A stretch of 64,000 nt of DNA from Bacillaceae bacterium (GCA_017656255.1 JACDOE010000001.1:497205-561204), one strand, 5' to 3'; shown: positions 40,172 through 50,940, numbered from the stretch's first letter. A program made the numbers and translations. The notes: generated by a model not told the origin, from the letters alone.

Positions 40172-41554
40172 GTGAACTTTTGGTCAGGTTTAGGCATCGG
40201 TGTCTTCGTAACGATGTTAACAGGATTTATATTCATTCGTCCCATTATAAAAGGAGTCTTAGCAAATTTTATAAAGCGGATCATGAAAGAACGCTACGAT
40301 AAAAATATCTGGGAGATGATTACTGCGTCAAAACGTTACACCCCAATTTATAACATCGAAAATAGTTTAAGGGCTGAAACAGGAAAAGTCATTAACAGGC
40401 CCTTCGGTAGTCCAAGAAAGTTTGTAAATTTTGACGGACTCATTTTTTCACCTGCTCAACTTGCGGTGATGGCAACCCCGCAGGGGACTTCGATTGATAC
40501 CAAAATTCAAATCGGTCCCCGTGCTAGCAGGCCGTTAAAACTTGATATGCCTATTTTATTGGGAGGGATGGGATATGGAGTAGCCGTCAGTGAAAAGGTA
40601 AGAATTGCGATGGCTAAAGCAACGGCTGCAGTTGGCACGGCAACCAATGCAGGGGAAGGGGGGTTTTTGCCGGAAGATCGTAAATATGCACGCCATTTGA
40701 TTCTTCAATTTGCCAAAGCAGACTGGTCACAAAAAGAGGAGAATTTGAAACAGGCTGATGCAATAGAAATTTATATCGGTCAGGGTTCACATGCTGCAGC
40801 TTCAGCAAAAATATACCCTGAAAATTTACAGGGACGAGCACGAGAAATCATGGATCTTGATCCGGAGGAAGTGGCGATTCTACCGTCCCGCCATAAAGAG
40901 ATGAATCAAAAAGAAGATTTAAAGCAACTTGTCAACTATTTACGAAACATAACCGGAGGAGTGCCGATTGGCATTAAGCTGAGCCCAGGACATCTGATAG
41001 AAAAAGATTTAGAGGCATGTATTAAAGCAAAGGTGGATTTTATATCCATTGATGGAGGACAGGCTGGAACAAAAGGCTCTCCTCCAATCCTGGAAGATGA
41101 TTTCGGGCTCCCGACTATTTATGCATTATCACGTGCTATCCATTACCTGGAAAAAAGAAATGTGAAAGATCAAATCAGCCTGCTGGTGGGAGGTGGGTTT
41201 TTCACTCCGGGAGATTGTCTAAAAGCACTAGCCATGGGAGCTGATGCGGTGTACATGGGTACAGCCCCGTTATGGGCGATGACTCATACGCAAGTGGTTA
41301 AATCTGTTCCTTTTGAACCGCCAACACAACTCACGTTTTATGCCGGTACCCAGACCCATCAATTTAATGAAGAAGAAGCGGCTTACTATCTCAAAAATTT
41401 TTTTCTTTCATTTGTAGAAGAGATGAAGGTTGCGGTTGAAGCTCTGGGTAAAACATCCATTCGAATGGTGAATAGAGAAGACCTGGTGGCCCTTGATGAG
41501 CTAACCAGCCAGATAACAGGTATTCCACTAGCTTATAAAAAAGCCAAAAGCTAA
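40172..41554 (+). CDS. FMN-binding glutamate synthase family protein (GltS FMN domain-like, YerD-type)
   Basis: N-terminal TM helix, then a GltB-like FMN/Fe-S TIM-barrel region (GGMGYGVAVSEK...IDGGQAGTKGSP). GTG start with AAAGGTGGTG RBS. Confidence 0.7.
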   Translation: MNFWSGLGIGVFVTMLTGFIFIRPIIKGVLANFIKRIMKERYDKNIWEMITASKRYTPIYNIENSLRAETGKVINRPFGSPRKFVNFDGLIFSPAQLAVMATPQGTSIDTKIQIGPRASRPLKLDMPILLGGMGYGVAVSEKVRIAMAKATAAVGTATNAGEGGFLPEDRKYARHLILQFAKADWSQKEENLKQADAIEIYIGQGSHAAASAKIYPENLQGRAREIMDLDPEEVAILPSRHKEMNQKEDLKQLVNYLRNITGGVPIGIKLSPGHLIEKDLEACIKAKVDFISIDGGQAGTKGSPPILEDDFGLPTIYALSRAIHYLEKRNVKDQISLLVGGGFFTPGDCLKALAMGADAVYMGTAPLWAMTHTQVVKSVPFEPPTQLTFYAGTQTHQFNEEEAAYYLKNFFLSFVEEMKVAVEALGKTSIRMVNREDLVALDELTSQITGIPLAYKKAKS

Positions 41555-41578
41555 TGTAACTATGGAGGGCTTTCTGTT

Positions 41579-42337
41579 ATGAATTATCTGAGTGAGACAC
41601 AACATCGGCCTTATGCGCCGCCTTCCCATCCCTGGATTATGAGGCAGACGTGGAGAAACTTCATTTTCGCTCACTGGCCGGTTTCGCCCGCATCGTTGCG
41701 ACCACTGGTTCCTTCTTGTTTGGATATTGATATGTTCAACGGACATGCCTGGGTCGGCATTTACACATTTTGTACAAAAGCTCTTTACCTGAGAGGCATT
41801 CCTTTTTCGATCTTTTCTCCATTTTACGGAATAAATTTGAGAACGTATGTTCGTTATCAGAACAAACCCGGTGTTTATTTTATTCAACTTTATTCAACTC
41901 ATCGTACCGCCCTCCGAATTGCTCGTGCCTGGTACCATTTAAATTATCATCCGGCACACATTAGTTATAATGAGAAGGGGGGAACCAGGATATATCAAGG
42001 GGCATTACAACCATCTGAGAGAAAGAAAAAAACAGTTTATTCCATTCAATTTAATGCGAATCAAGGCAATATTTATTATCCACAAAGAGGTACCCTAGAT
42101 TATTTTCTTACGGAACGATACCGGTTGTATAGTAAGGATTCAAAAGGACAGCTTTATTGTGGTGAAATTCACCATCCGGCCTGGCCTTTGCAAAAAGTGA
42201 ATGACGTTATCATTAACCATTCGCTGTTGACCTCTTCCAATTTGAAGGTAATGAATGACAACCCTGTTTTTCATTATTCCAGGGGATTCGATGTTTTGAT
42301 TTGGAATATAAAAAAATTAGACATGACATCCATTTGA
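41579..42337 (+). CDS. DUF2071-family protein (YqjF-like)
   Basis: FAHWPV motif and ~250-aa length. Confidence 0.5.
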   Translation: MNYLSETQHRPYAPPSHPWIMRQTWRNFIFAHWPVSPASLRPLVPSCLDIDMFNGHAWVGIYTFCTKALYLRGIPFSIFSPFYGINLRTYVRYQNKPGVYFIQLYSTHRTALRIARAWYHLNYHPAHISYNEKGGTRIYQGALQPSERKKKTVYSIQFNANQGNIYYPQRGTLDYFLTERYRLYSKDSKGQLYCGEIHHPAWPLQKVNDVIINHSLLTSSNLKVMNDNPVFHYSRGFDVLIWNIKKLDMTSI

Positions 42338-42402
42338 ACTCTATCAGACGCTTCAGGAATAAAAAAGACAGCTCTAGCATACAGGCTTTTTCGCCTATCA
42401 CA

Positions 42403-42872
42403 ATGAAAGAGTTGGAACAAATCATCTTTCGAGCTCTGCAAAGAAGTTTCTCCCAGGTCATTTCCCGGATCCTGACGGAATGGGATGAAAAGATTGCTGA
42501 AGGACGGAACAAGCAAGGTTTTATCTCAAAGACAAACGAACGTTAAGGTTCCAGTCGGTCTTTGGCGAAGTAGAACTCAAGAGGAATTATTATCACGATC
42601 GGCAGACCGGAAAATACGTCTATCTTCTGGATCAGTATCTCGCGTTCGATGGAGCAAAAGGTATGAGCCCCATGGTGGAGGATTGGGGGATCGAGTTAGC
42701 GGTTAAGGCAGGATCATTTCGACTGGCGCAGGAGGCTTTGACAAAACTGTTAGGTTACCAGGTGGTCGATCATCTTGAGATCAAAACTCAGCGTGGAAAA
42801 CTCAAGCAAACCCTGGAAATAGTAGAAGACAAAAAGCAAAGGCAGAAGGAAAAGCCACAAAATATTTTGTAG
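42403..42872 (+). pseudogene. Frameshifted/truncated N-terminal remnant of an ISLre2-family (UPF0236) transposase
   Basis: Three overlapping ORFs in different frames together read like the N-terminal region of a UPF0236/ISLre2-family transposase (...YHDRQTGKYVYLLDQYLAFDGAKGMSPMVEDWGIELAVKAGSFRLAQEALTKLLGYQV...). No intact DDE domain. Confidence 0.5.
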
Positions 42873-43195
42873 AAAAACTGAAAGACAGTGCAGCTGAGGC
42901 GACACAAAACAATATAGCCTATTTACAACAGTCGATCAGTCAACCGGTAGTCGCAGCGCTTAAGAAAGCTCTACCAATGTTAAATTGAAAAAGTAATACA
43001 TAAGAGGAGTTCTTAAGTATTCAAAAAGAGCACCCACAAATACTTGACGCAGACTTATGCGAATAAACGTTTGAATAATAATTGAGTTGGATTTATGATG
43101 GAGGATGGAACTTTTATCCTGTAAATGACGTTATTAGAGGTTAAAGGATAGATGACTCCGAAACGTGGTTTATAAGGAAAAGGGGAGAATAAACG

Positions 43196-43486
43196 ATGCA
43201 GGTTTTTTGGCATGACAGAATCACATCAGAGGAACAATTGCGAACCATCCTAGGCTATCCCGGAAAAGTGGTACAGCGAAAAGTTGTAAATGCCCTGGAT
43301 CACCACTGTCGTTATTTTATCAGTCAATCTCCGTATGTATTATTGTCTACATCAGATAGTTCCGGAAACTGTGATATATCACCGCGCGGTGATACACCGG
43401 GGTTTGTCCGCGTGCTGGACGATCGGCATCTTTTTATACCGGAACGTCCAGGAAACAGAAGACTGGATTCACTGACCAACCTATAG
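43196..43486 (+). pseudogene. Truncated pyridoxamine 5'-phosphate oxidase-family (FMN-binding split barrel) gene
   Basis: 96-aa N-terminal fragment (GNCDISPRGDTPGFVRVLDDRHLFIPERPGNRRLDSL) ends prematurely. Family members are ~200 aa. Confidence 0.45.
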
Positions 43487-43789
43487 TATCAGTTACGACC
43501 CGGAGTCAGATGACATCCGGTTTCCAAGGGATTCGAATGCAGTGAGTTTTCATTCGTCGGAATTTTTGAAATCGTTCATAAAACAGAGGGGATAGTGGAC
43601 TTGAATATTATTATGGTAAGATTAAACTTATGGAGGTGCAATCAATCATGAGATTGTATTTAAATATTTTTGAAAATGATCAGCCCGTTATTCATCCCTG
43701 AGGCGAGGGATGAATAACGAACAATAGGGTTCATACCTCGTCCTGGGGGATTTCAGATTAAAAATCCCTTTAGAAGACGGAGGTATGTC

Positions 43790-44689
43790 ATGATAAAACA
43801 AAATGTGATCGGAGCTTTATGTCTGGCTTCAGCCGCCAGTATCTGGGGCGGCATGTATGTTGTGAGCAAATATGTTCTAGAATATATCCCGCCATTTACA
43901 CTGGTTTGGCTTCGCTATTTAACTGCATATGCTGTTCTGCTTGTTATTTTGAAGTCTCTGAAATCAAAGAAACAGGAACGAACACCTGCCACTAAAGCGG
44001 ACTGGTTGCTGATCGGATGGATTGGGTTTATCGGGTATTTCGTTTCAATTTCGCTGCAATTTATCGGAACAAAATTGTCTGATGCCCATACAGGGGCGTT
44101 GATCACATCAGCAACACCGGCTTTTATTGTGATTTTTGCAAGGATTGTACTAAAAGAACCGTTAACTTTTCGTAAGATCGTGTCGCTGATCCTTGCCACA
44201 ACCGTTGTTGTGACGGTTATCGGATGGGATATGAGTGTCGCAACTCATGTGACAGGTAGTGTTATTTTAATTGTAGCGGCACTAACATGGGCGTTGTTGT
44301 CGGTTTATGTGAAAGTGGCTTCAAAGCGTTTTTCTTCTATAAGTATTACAACTTACGCCATATTATTTGCGCTTATATTCACAACGCCATTGATGTTGTG
44401 GGAGCTTCAGACACATGATATATATTTGCAGAACAATCTTGTCCTTCCGGGGATCCTGTATCTCGGGATTGTGTCAACAGCCGGCGCCTTCTTTCTATGG
44501 AATAAAGGTCTGGAACTGATGGATGCCGGATCAGGTTCTTTGTTTTTCTTTTTTCAGCCCGTCACCGGTTCCTTTTTGGGATGGCTTTTATTAAATGAAG
44601 CGTTAGATGTCAACTTCTTTGTGGGTGGATTCTTAGTTCTGGCGGGGGTCCTGGCTGTTACGTTTGACAAAGAAATAGATTCTAACTGA
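43790..44689 (+). CDS. DMT-superfamily transporter (EamA family)
   Basis: Ten TM helices with two EamA-like repeats. GACGGAGG RBS. Confidence 0.75.
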   Translation: MIKQNVIGALCLASAASIWGGMYVVSKYVLEYIPPFTLVWLRYLTAYAVLLVILKSLKSKKQERTPATKADWLLIGWIGFIGYFVSISLQFIGTKLSDAHTGALITSATPAFIVIFARIVLKEPLTFRKIVSLILATTVVVTVIGWDMSVATHVTGSVILIVAALTWALLSVYVKVASKRFSSISITTYAILFALIFTTPLMLWELQTHDIYLQNNLVLPGILYLGIVSTAGAFFLWNKGLELMDAGSGSLFFFFQPVTGSFLGWLLLNEALDVNFFVGGFLVLAGVLAVTFDKEIDSN

Positions 44690-44812
44690 TTTAAGATGAT
44701 GGCCCCGTTACTATCGGGGTCATATCTTTTGATTAAAATATAATAAATTGCAAAAAAACGCCAAGTGGGAACGAATTTAATATTTCCTGCGTGATATAAA
44801 CGAGTAACAAAA

Positions 44813-45025
44813 TTGTTAAATGTGAAAGGAATGTCGGATATGTTAATAAGTATTACCTTGTTCAAGTATATGATAATTACCTTTATAATTGTATTTCTCG
44901 TATATTTCCTTCTCAGCATCCTGAATATTATGAGAGAACACCTGGCTATTAAAAGAGAATTATTAAATAATATACAAGAGTTAAAAGATGAAGTTAAGAA
45001 TTCTATACAACATATAAAAAACTGA
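44813..45025 (+). CDS. Small hypothetical membrane protein in an AT-rich segment
   Basis: ORF only. Low local GC. Confidence 0.25.
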   Translation: MLNVKGMSDMLISITLFKYMIITFIIVFLVYFLLSILNIMREHLAIKRELLNNIQELKDEVKNSIQHIKN

Positions 45026-45297
45026 AATTCGGTTTCGACAGTAAAAAACTGAGTAACTTATTTAGTTAGTTGGCTGGATAATAATACAAATAACATTAAG
45101 CGAGATAACATTAGAGGATATAAATGAAGACATGATCTTTAATGTAATTACTAATTGTCATGAAAGAAAATCAACAAGCATGCACATATAAATATCAAAA
45201 CGAAAAGCTACTTGAGGAATTAAAAACATTAAGGGATTCAGAACGAGGGTTTTAAAACAGAGGTTTTAAGGGGAGGAGTATTTTTTGGGGTTTATCG

Positions 45298-45345
45298 TTT
45301 TTTAAATACTTCGCATAATATATGTTATGCGAAGTATTAATTAAA
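45298..45345. terminator. Perfect 14-bp inverted repeat flanked by A/T runs (bidirectional terminator)
   Basis: AATACTTCGCATAA-tatatg-TTATGCGAAGTATT. Confidence 0.6.
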
Positions 45346-45411
45346 AAATAAAAAAATCAGAGATTTGTAACGTTTTTAGATTATGTGAGTTAATCCCATT
45401 ATACGCAATCC

Positions 45412-45885
45412 TTAAATGTCGTTTTCTAATAAGTGTTCTTCAATTATATCTATATTTCTTTTATTTTCAATGTAGTTAACGATATGCTCACTAATATCTG
45501 GGTACAGAATAACACGATTTAAGTCAGATAGTTTGATCCATTTTACATCATTCTGATTTGGGTCTGGATTATTCGGGAATCCAGGTTTAAATCCCTCTTT
45601 AATTTTACATTCAAATATTAGATATAAAGTGTGCGTTTCGCCATATTTATTAGCATTTAGACAGGGTACATACTCGTAAACAAACGCTAATGAACCAACC
45701 TTTACTTCAATAGAAGCTTCTTCTTTTGCTTCTCTTTGAACAGCTTCAATAATTGATTCGTTTGGCTTAACTCCGCCTCCAGGTAGATTATAGTGCAAAC
45801 CGTTTGTATCTTTAAATTCAATTAATAAAATTGAATGGTTATCTATTATAAGTGTACCGACTTTAACTCTAATGTGATAAGACAA
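45412..45885 (-). CDS. NUDIX hydrolase
   Basis: Nudix box GGGVKPNESIIEAVQREAKEE. Confidence 0.75.
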   Translation of the reverse strand: MSYHIRVKVGTLIIDNHSILLIEFKDTNGLHYNLPGGGVKPNESIIEAVQREAKEEASIEVKVGSLAFVYEYVPCLNANKYGETHTLYLIFECKIKEGFKPGFPNNPDPNQNDVKWIKLSDLNRVILYPDISEHIVNYIENKRNIDIIEEHLLENDI

Positions 45886-45991
45886 TGTTTATGTCCGCCT
45901 TTCGTCTCTTTAATCGAGATGTCCGAAACTAATCCTCATTCATACTAAGCTGGATTCACAGCATGACAAACTGGTTTCATACCAAAAATTC

Positions 45992-46549
45992 TTAATTATG
46001 CTTCTCACGCCACTCGAAATCTAAAATGCTCATCTCCCACAAACTCCAGTATTTATCTCCAATCTTCCTGCAATCCCGAAGCAATCCTTCTTTCTTGAAT
46101 CCGACTCTTTCATAACACGTAATGGCTGATTGATTAAAATCAAAAACCCCGAGACTGACCCGGTGTACATCCAATTTATCAAAAGCCATTTTTAATATTT
46201 CTTCCATCATAAGCCGGCAAATACCCTGACCTCTTAAATTTTTATCTCCGACCAGGACTTTGCCTATTCGTGCCGATTTGTTTTTTCTGTCCACTTGCCC
46301 CAGCGAAATATGACCAATTACACGACCGGTAACTTGATGTATGACTTTATACACATAGTGATCTGAATGATCCTGATTGGCATGCTCAATATATTGTCCC
46401 AGCTGGCGTTCGTCCAGCGGATAATTAAATTGCGGTCCGCCCCACTGCATGAGCATTTGAGGTGAGTCTATCCAGTGAATCAACTGTTTGAAGTCAGAAC
46501 GATCAAAATATTGAAGTTCAATCACGTGATCTGATTCCCCTTTTATCAA
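45992..46549 (-). CDS. GNAT-family N-acetyltransferase
   Basis: Acetyl-CoA binding motif (RGQGICRLMMEEILKMAF). TTG start 8 nt after the stop of a small upstream ORF. Confidence 0.7.
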   Translation of the reverse strand: MIKGESDHVIELQYFDRSDFKQLIHWIDSPQMLMQWGGPQFNYPLDERQLGQYIEHANQDHSDHYVYKVIHQVTGRVIGHISLGQVDRKNKSARIGKVLVGDKNLRGQGICRLMMEEILKMAFDKLDVHRVSLGVFDFNQSAITCYERVGFKKEGLLRDCRKIGDKYWSLWEMSILDFEWREKHN

Positions 46550-46557
46550 TCTGATGT

Positions 46558-46664
46558 TATACGGAATTTTTCAAACGGGACAATATAACAACACCCAACC
46601 CGCCTATAAATAACAGACTAACGCATGCCCCTGCAACGGTGATGATTTCTTGAGCATCCAACAT
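46558..46664 (-). CDS. 35-aa hydrophobic leader-type peptide upstream of the GNAT gene
   Basis: MLDAQEIITVAGACVSLLFIGGLGVVILSRLKNSV. GGGAGG RBS 9 nt upstream. Not in the ORF track because it is under 60 aa. Confidence 0.35.
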
Positions 46665-46749
46665 TTTCGGATACCTCCCAAATAAGTTCTTTATTTATAA
46701 TACGTATCCGGTGTATAAACAGTTTCATTACCGTAATAAAAAAGCGCCG

Positions 46750-47571
46750 TTAAACCAGCGCCTTTATCGTTTTATTATTTTTTAATTTTCTCCCTTTCCC
46801 ATGCGGAATACACATCGGAGTACCGAATATCGGGTCAGCCGTGATTTCACATTCCATCCCAAAAACCGTCCGTATCATGTCCCGGCTGATGATCTCCTCC
46901 GGTTTCCCCTGTTTGTAGACGGTCCCCTCATGAATCGCCACCATATGATGGGCGTAACGGCTTGCCAGATTCACATCATGCAGTACCATCACAATGGTTC
47001 GCTGTTCCTTTTGGTTTAATTCATAAAGCAGATCCAGCACTTCAACCTGGTGACTGACATCGAGATAGGTCGTCGGTTCATCAAGCAAAATAATATTCGT
47101 ATCCTGCGCCAGAACCATGGCGATCCAGGCACGTTGACGCTGACCGCCTGAAAGGGAATCAACCGGACGTTCCGCAAAGGGTTTCATTTGGGTTTCTTCC
47201 AGCGCTTTATTAACGATCTGTTCATCTTCTTCCGACCATTGTTGCAACCAGTTTTGATGCGGATACCTTCCCTGTTTTACCAGTTGAAAGACTGTTAACC
47301 CTTCGGGCGCGATCGGCCCCTGCGGCAAAATGGCCATTTTTTTCGCCACTTCTTTTGTAGGCAACTTAATAATATCCTGGCCGTCCAACAACACTGAACC
47401 ATCCCGGGGTTTAAGCAAACGGGCCAGAGAACGAAGTAATGTCGATTTACCGCATCCGTTCCTTCCGACGAAAACCGTAATTTTTCCCTGGGGTATTTGC
47501 AGATTCAGATTTCGCACAATTAAATGGTCACCGTACGACAGATTTAACGACTGTGTTTGAAGAGCATGCAT
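46750..47571 (-). CDS. Iron(III)-siderophore ABC transporter ATP-binding protein (FecE/FhuC type)
   Basis: Walker [10 protein letters not shown], signature LSGGQRQR, Walker B ILLDEPT. Start at MHALQT with GGGAGG RBS. The track's N-terminal extension is unsupported. Confidence 0.8.
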   Translation of the reverse strand: MHALQTQSLNLSYGDHLIVRNLNLQIPQGKITVFVGRNGCGKSTLLRSLARLLKPRDGSVLLDGQDIIKLPTKEVAKKMAILPQGPIAPEGLTVFQLVKQGRYPHQNWLQQWSEEDEQIVNKALEETQMKPFAERPVDSLSGGQRQRAWIAMVLAQDTNIILLDEPTTYLDVSHQVEVLDLLYELNQKEQRTIVMVLHDVNLASRYAHHMVAIHEGTVYKQGKPEEIISRDMIRTVFGMECEITADPIFGTPMCIPHGKGRKLKNNKTIKALV

Positions 47572-47590
47572 GAAGTATCGCCTCCCAGTA

Positions 47591-48631
47591 TTATTGATGC
47601 CGGTTTCGATAAAGCAGATAGATAAAGAAAGGTGCGCCGATTCCAGAGACAAAGATGCCGGCTGGAAGATCAAGCGGCAAAAAAGCTGTTCGCGCGACTA
47701 CATCAGCTAAAAGAACAATCATACCGCCAATCATGGCTGACACGGGAACCAGGCTTCCAAACGATCTGCCGATTAGTTTGCGTGCGATATGAGGGGCCAT
47801 TAACCCCACAAATCCAATACCGCCTGCAAAAGCTACGGCAGCCCCTGCCAGCGCAACACTGACAAACAATAATAAGAAACGATGCAGGGGAACGTTGACT
47901 CCCAGACCTGTTGCCACGTGATCTCCGAGCTGCTGGGCGTTAGCCGTTCGAACGAAAAGCAGGGTCAGCGGAATAAAAATAAGCACCCATGGCAACAACC
48001 CATAAACATCATCCCAGGTCGCCCCGTATACACTTCCGGTTAACCAGAGGTACGCCTGGGGAGTTGAATAACTGTTACCCAGCACAATCATCATGGTCGT
48101 GACGGCATTTAACGCCGCTGTTAAACCAATCCCCACCAGGACAAGCCGAATCGGCGTCACCCCTTTTTTCCAGGCCAAAAAATAGAGAAAGATCGATACA
48201 GTACCTGCGCCGGCAATGGCAACCGGCGGCAACCATTTGATACCGAATGAATCTGCAAAATACGTAATAAACATCACCGCTGCCACCGACGCCCCGCTTG
48301 TAATCCCAATGATGTCCGGTGAACCGAGGGGATTTCGGATTATCCCCTGCAGAATCAGACCTGAAACCCCCAGTGCGGCACCGGCAAGCCATGCAAGAGT
48401 CATACGCGGTAGCCTTAATGAATCTATGATAAATGTGTACTCACCGCTGCCTATTCCCAGTAGGTGTTTGATTACAGTGAACGGATGCAACATGGTACTT
48501 CCGATGGATAAACCGGCCAGAAATATAAAGGTGGATATAAATACCAGTACCGTAAAAACGGTTAACGTTTTCTTTTCAAACTGAAAAGAGACTGACCCCG
48601 ACCGGCTGCGATATACCGACATTTTGTTCAT
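47591..48631 (-). CDS. FecCD-family iron-siderophore ABC permease (second permease)
   Basis: The FecCD-type membrane domain begins at MNKMSVYRS. The 128-aa Arg-rich N-terminal extension in the ORF track overlaps the upstream permease and is not credible. 4-nt ATGA overlap with the upstream gene. Confidence 0.75.
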   Translation of the reverse strand: MNKMSVYRSRSGSVSFQFEKKTLTVFTVLVFISTFIFLAGLSIGSTMLHPFTVIKHLLGIGSGEYTFIIDSLRLPRMTLAWLAGAALGVSGLILQGIIRNPLGSPDIIGITSGASVAAVMFITYFADSFGIKWLPPVAIAGAGTVSIFLYFLAWKKGVTPIRLVLVGIGLTAALNAVTTMMIVLGNSYSTPQAYLWLTGSVYGATWDDVYGLLPWVLIFIPLTLLFVRTANAQQLGDHVATGLGVNVPLHRFLLLFVSVALAGAAVAFAGGIGFVGLMAPHIARKLIGRSFGSLVPVSAMIGGMIVLLADVVARTAFLPLDLPAGIFVSGIGAPFFIYLLYRNRHQ

Positions 48632-49641
48632 TCTCTGTTGAACCCCCTGCGCGCTATATAAATAAAGAACGGTGTTCCGATTATTGCGGTCATAACCCCG
48701 ATGGGAACCTCCTGTGGCATGATGACGAAGCGGGCTGCCACATCTGCGAGCAACAATAGACTGGCTCCGGTGAAGGCGCAAAAAGGGATAATCCAGCGGT
48801 AATCCATCCCGACAAGGCCTCGCACGATATGCGGAACCACTAAACCGATAAATCCGATCGATCCTCCGATCGCCACCGATCCACCGGCCAAAAACACAAT
48901 CACCACCGCCATCGATGTTTTGACCAGGATAATGCGCTGTCCCAGCCCTTTTGCGATGTCTTCGCCTGACGTGAGAATGTTGACCGGATGCGCCAGAATA
49001 AAAGCTGCAAGCCATCCCCCTGCCGTGAAAGGCAGAATCGGTTTGAGCATATCCATCGTTCTGCCTGCCACCGATCCGGCTAACCAGAACAGAGCCCCTT
49101 CCAGGTTTTGCTCACTGATCACCAAAAGCGCCTGGGTTAAAGAAACAAACAAAGCCGTTATGGCCGCCCCCGCTAAAACAATTTTAATCGGAGACAGCCC
49201 GTCTCTGCCGAGTGAACCCAAAAAATAAACCATGACTGCCGCAATCGCAGCTCCCAGAAAGGCGATCCACATATAATGCGTTAAAGATGTGACGGAAAAA
49301 AAGGCCATGGCTAAAACCACAAAAAACACAGCCCCGGCATTGACTCCGAAAATACTGGGAGATGCCAGCGGGTTTCGTGTTAACGCCTGCATTAAAGCGC
49401 CGGCGATAGCCAGGCTGGCTCCGATCACAGACGCAATGACCGCCCGGGAAAATCGGGTTGTTGTAACAATAAGATGCTCGGTTGAATCCGGATCAAAATG
49501 AATAAAGGCTTCTATAACGGTATGAAAAGCGATCGGCGTCTGGCCGAAGGCAATACTCAAAATAAAAGAAATGACAAAAAGACAGATAACCAGTATGATG
49601 CCGATCATTTTAGCAGGTGTACGAGATAAAAGATGTCTCAT
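48628..49641 (-). CDS. FecCD-family iron-siderophore ABC permease (first permease)
   Basis: 337 aa with 9-10 TM helices and a FecCD signature region. Confidence 0.8.
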   Translation of the reverse strand: MRHLLSRTPAKMIGIILVICLFVISFILSIAFGQTPIAFHTVIEAFIHFDPDSTEHLIVTTTRFSRAVIASVIGASLAIAGALMQALTRNPLASPSIFGVNAGAVFFVVLAMAFFSVTSLTHYMWIAFLGAAIAAVMVYFLGSLGRDGLSPIKIVLAGAAITALFVSLTQALLVISEQNLEGALFWLAGSVAGRTMDMLKPILPFTAGGWLAAFILAHPVNILTSGEDIAKGLGQRIILVKTSMAVVIVFLAGGSVAIGGSIGFIGLVVPHIVRGLVGMDYRWIIPFCAFTGASLLLLADVAARFVIMPQEVPIGVMTAIIGTPFFIYIARRGFNRE

Positions 49642-49772
49642 TTGTTCTCTCTCACTTTACAGATTTGGATAAACAACAAGAATAGAGGAATTGATCAACA
49701 TCCCTCTATTCTTGTTGTTTCTATTGAATATGGCTGAAAAGTGTTTATGACCTTATATATTAAAAGGAGGGT

Positions 49773-50789
49773 TTATTTTTCCAAACCGAAGTGCTCATAA
49801 AGTTGATCCAGCATGTTGTGTGCTGAAATGATGCCGCCGGCCATGTTCCAGGCGACTTCATCAATTTCATAGACCTGGTTCGCTTTGACAGCGTCGAGAT
49901 TCTTCCACAACGGATGACCGGTCCATTCCTCATACGTTTTTTGAACCGCTTCGTTTTGGCCAGGATCTGAAAGGAACAGGAAGAAAACGTCCGCGTTCAT
50001 CTTAGGAATGCTTTCTTTATCGGTCAGTTTGACCACTACCGTTCCTTTTTCCGCTTCCTCTTGTTGATACTGGGAGCGGACAAAACCCAGCTCATTTAAG
50101 ATATCGCCGGCATAACCCGTGACATAAATGCGGGCGTGATCAGCTCTGAAGTTCAGGACAGAAGCTTCAATCGGCCACTGGTCTCCCATTTTTGCCGATA
50201 TTTTATCTTTGAAATCCTGGACGCGCTGATTCCAGTCAGCCAGGAGTTCATTTGCTTTTTCCTCTTTATTCAGGGCTTTACCCATCAGTTCTACAGTATC
50301 TTTAAATTTAAAAACCGTTTCGTGCGTTACTGTCGGTGCAATTTGAGAGAGCTGGTCGTAGATTTTTTCATGGCGTAACTTGGAAGCCACAATCAGATCC
50401 GGTTTCAGTTTTGCAATCTCTTCCAGGTTCGGCTGCGTTTCCAGCCCTACAATCGGTACACCTTCAAGATCATCCCGCAAATATTTATAAATAGGTTTTT
50501 CGACCCAGGATTCCACAATCCCGACCGGCTTCACTCCCAGCGCAATAGCAACGTCTGCGGCCCCTTGATATAACGTGACCACACGTTCCGGGGTTCCTTT
50601 AATTTCGGTGGTTCCCATTGCATGTTCAATTACTCTGACTTCTTGATCGGCCTGTTCTTCATGCGATTGATCCCCTGAAGCAGTTTGACTTACTTGAGAT
50701 TCTTTAGCGTCTGTTCCACAACCGGCGATCATGATCGCCATCAGTAAAATCACAGACACAGTTAGTAGAATGTTTTTTGATCTTAACAT
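49773..50789 (-). CDS. Iron-siderophore ABC transporter substrate-binding lipoprotein
   Basis: Signal plus lipobox (MIAGCG). Periplasmic binding protein type 2 (FhuD/FeuA-like). Start at MLRSKN with GGAGAGGAG RBS. Confidence 0.75.
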   Translation of the reverse strand: MLRSKNILLTVSVILLMAIMIAGCGTDAKESQVSQTASGDQSHEEQADQEVRVIEHAMGTTEIKGTPERVVTLYQGAADVAIALGVKPVGIVESWVEKPIYKYLRDDLEGVPIVGLETQPNLEEIAKLKPDLIVASKLRHEKIYDQLSQIAPTVTHETVFKFKDTVELMGKALNKEEKANELLADWNQRVQDFKDKISAKMGDQWPIEASVLNFRADHARIYVTGYAGDILNELGFVRSQYQQEEAEKGTVVVKLTDKESIPKMNADVFFLFLSDPGQNEAVQKTYEEWTGHPLWKNLDAVKANQVYEIDEVAWNMAGGIISAHNMLDQLYEHFGLEK

Positions 50790-50910
50790 TGTCGGCTCCT
50801 CTCCCCTTCTTTTTCTTTTGTCTAACTGGTTATTGTCAGCGTGTGCGGGATAGTTCAACGTTTTGTTGATATATGTAACATGGACTTCTACCCCCTCAAC
50901 CACGAATAAC

Positions 50911-50940
50911 AATAATGATAATCATTATCACTGATAATCG
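50911..50940. promoter_or_regulatory. Fur box upstream of the siderophore ABC operon
   Basis: aATAATGATAATCATTATCactgataatcg matches the 19-bp B. subtilis Fur consensus GATAATGATAATCATTATC 18/19, plus an extra half-site. Confidence 0.8.

Noticed and set aside
42301-42872. Three separate small genes (42301-42546, 42485-42706, 42663-42872)
   Set aside because: Their translations join across frames into one ISLre2/UPF0236-like transposase N-terminal region. Treated as one pseudogene remnant.
47591-49015. 474-aa version of the second FecCD permease
   Set aside because: The Arg/Gly-rich 128-aa N-terminus is out of character, overlaps the upstream permease gene, and the canonical start MNKMSV gives a 4-nt ATGA coupling.
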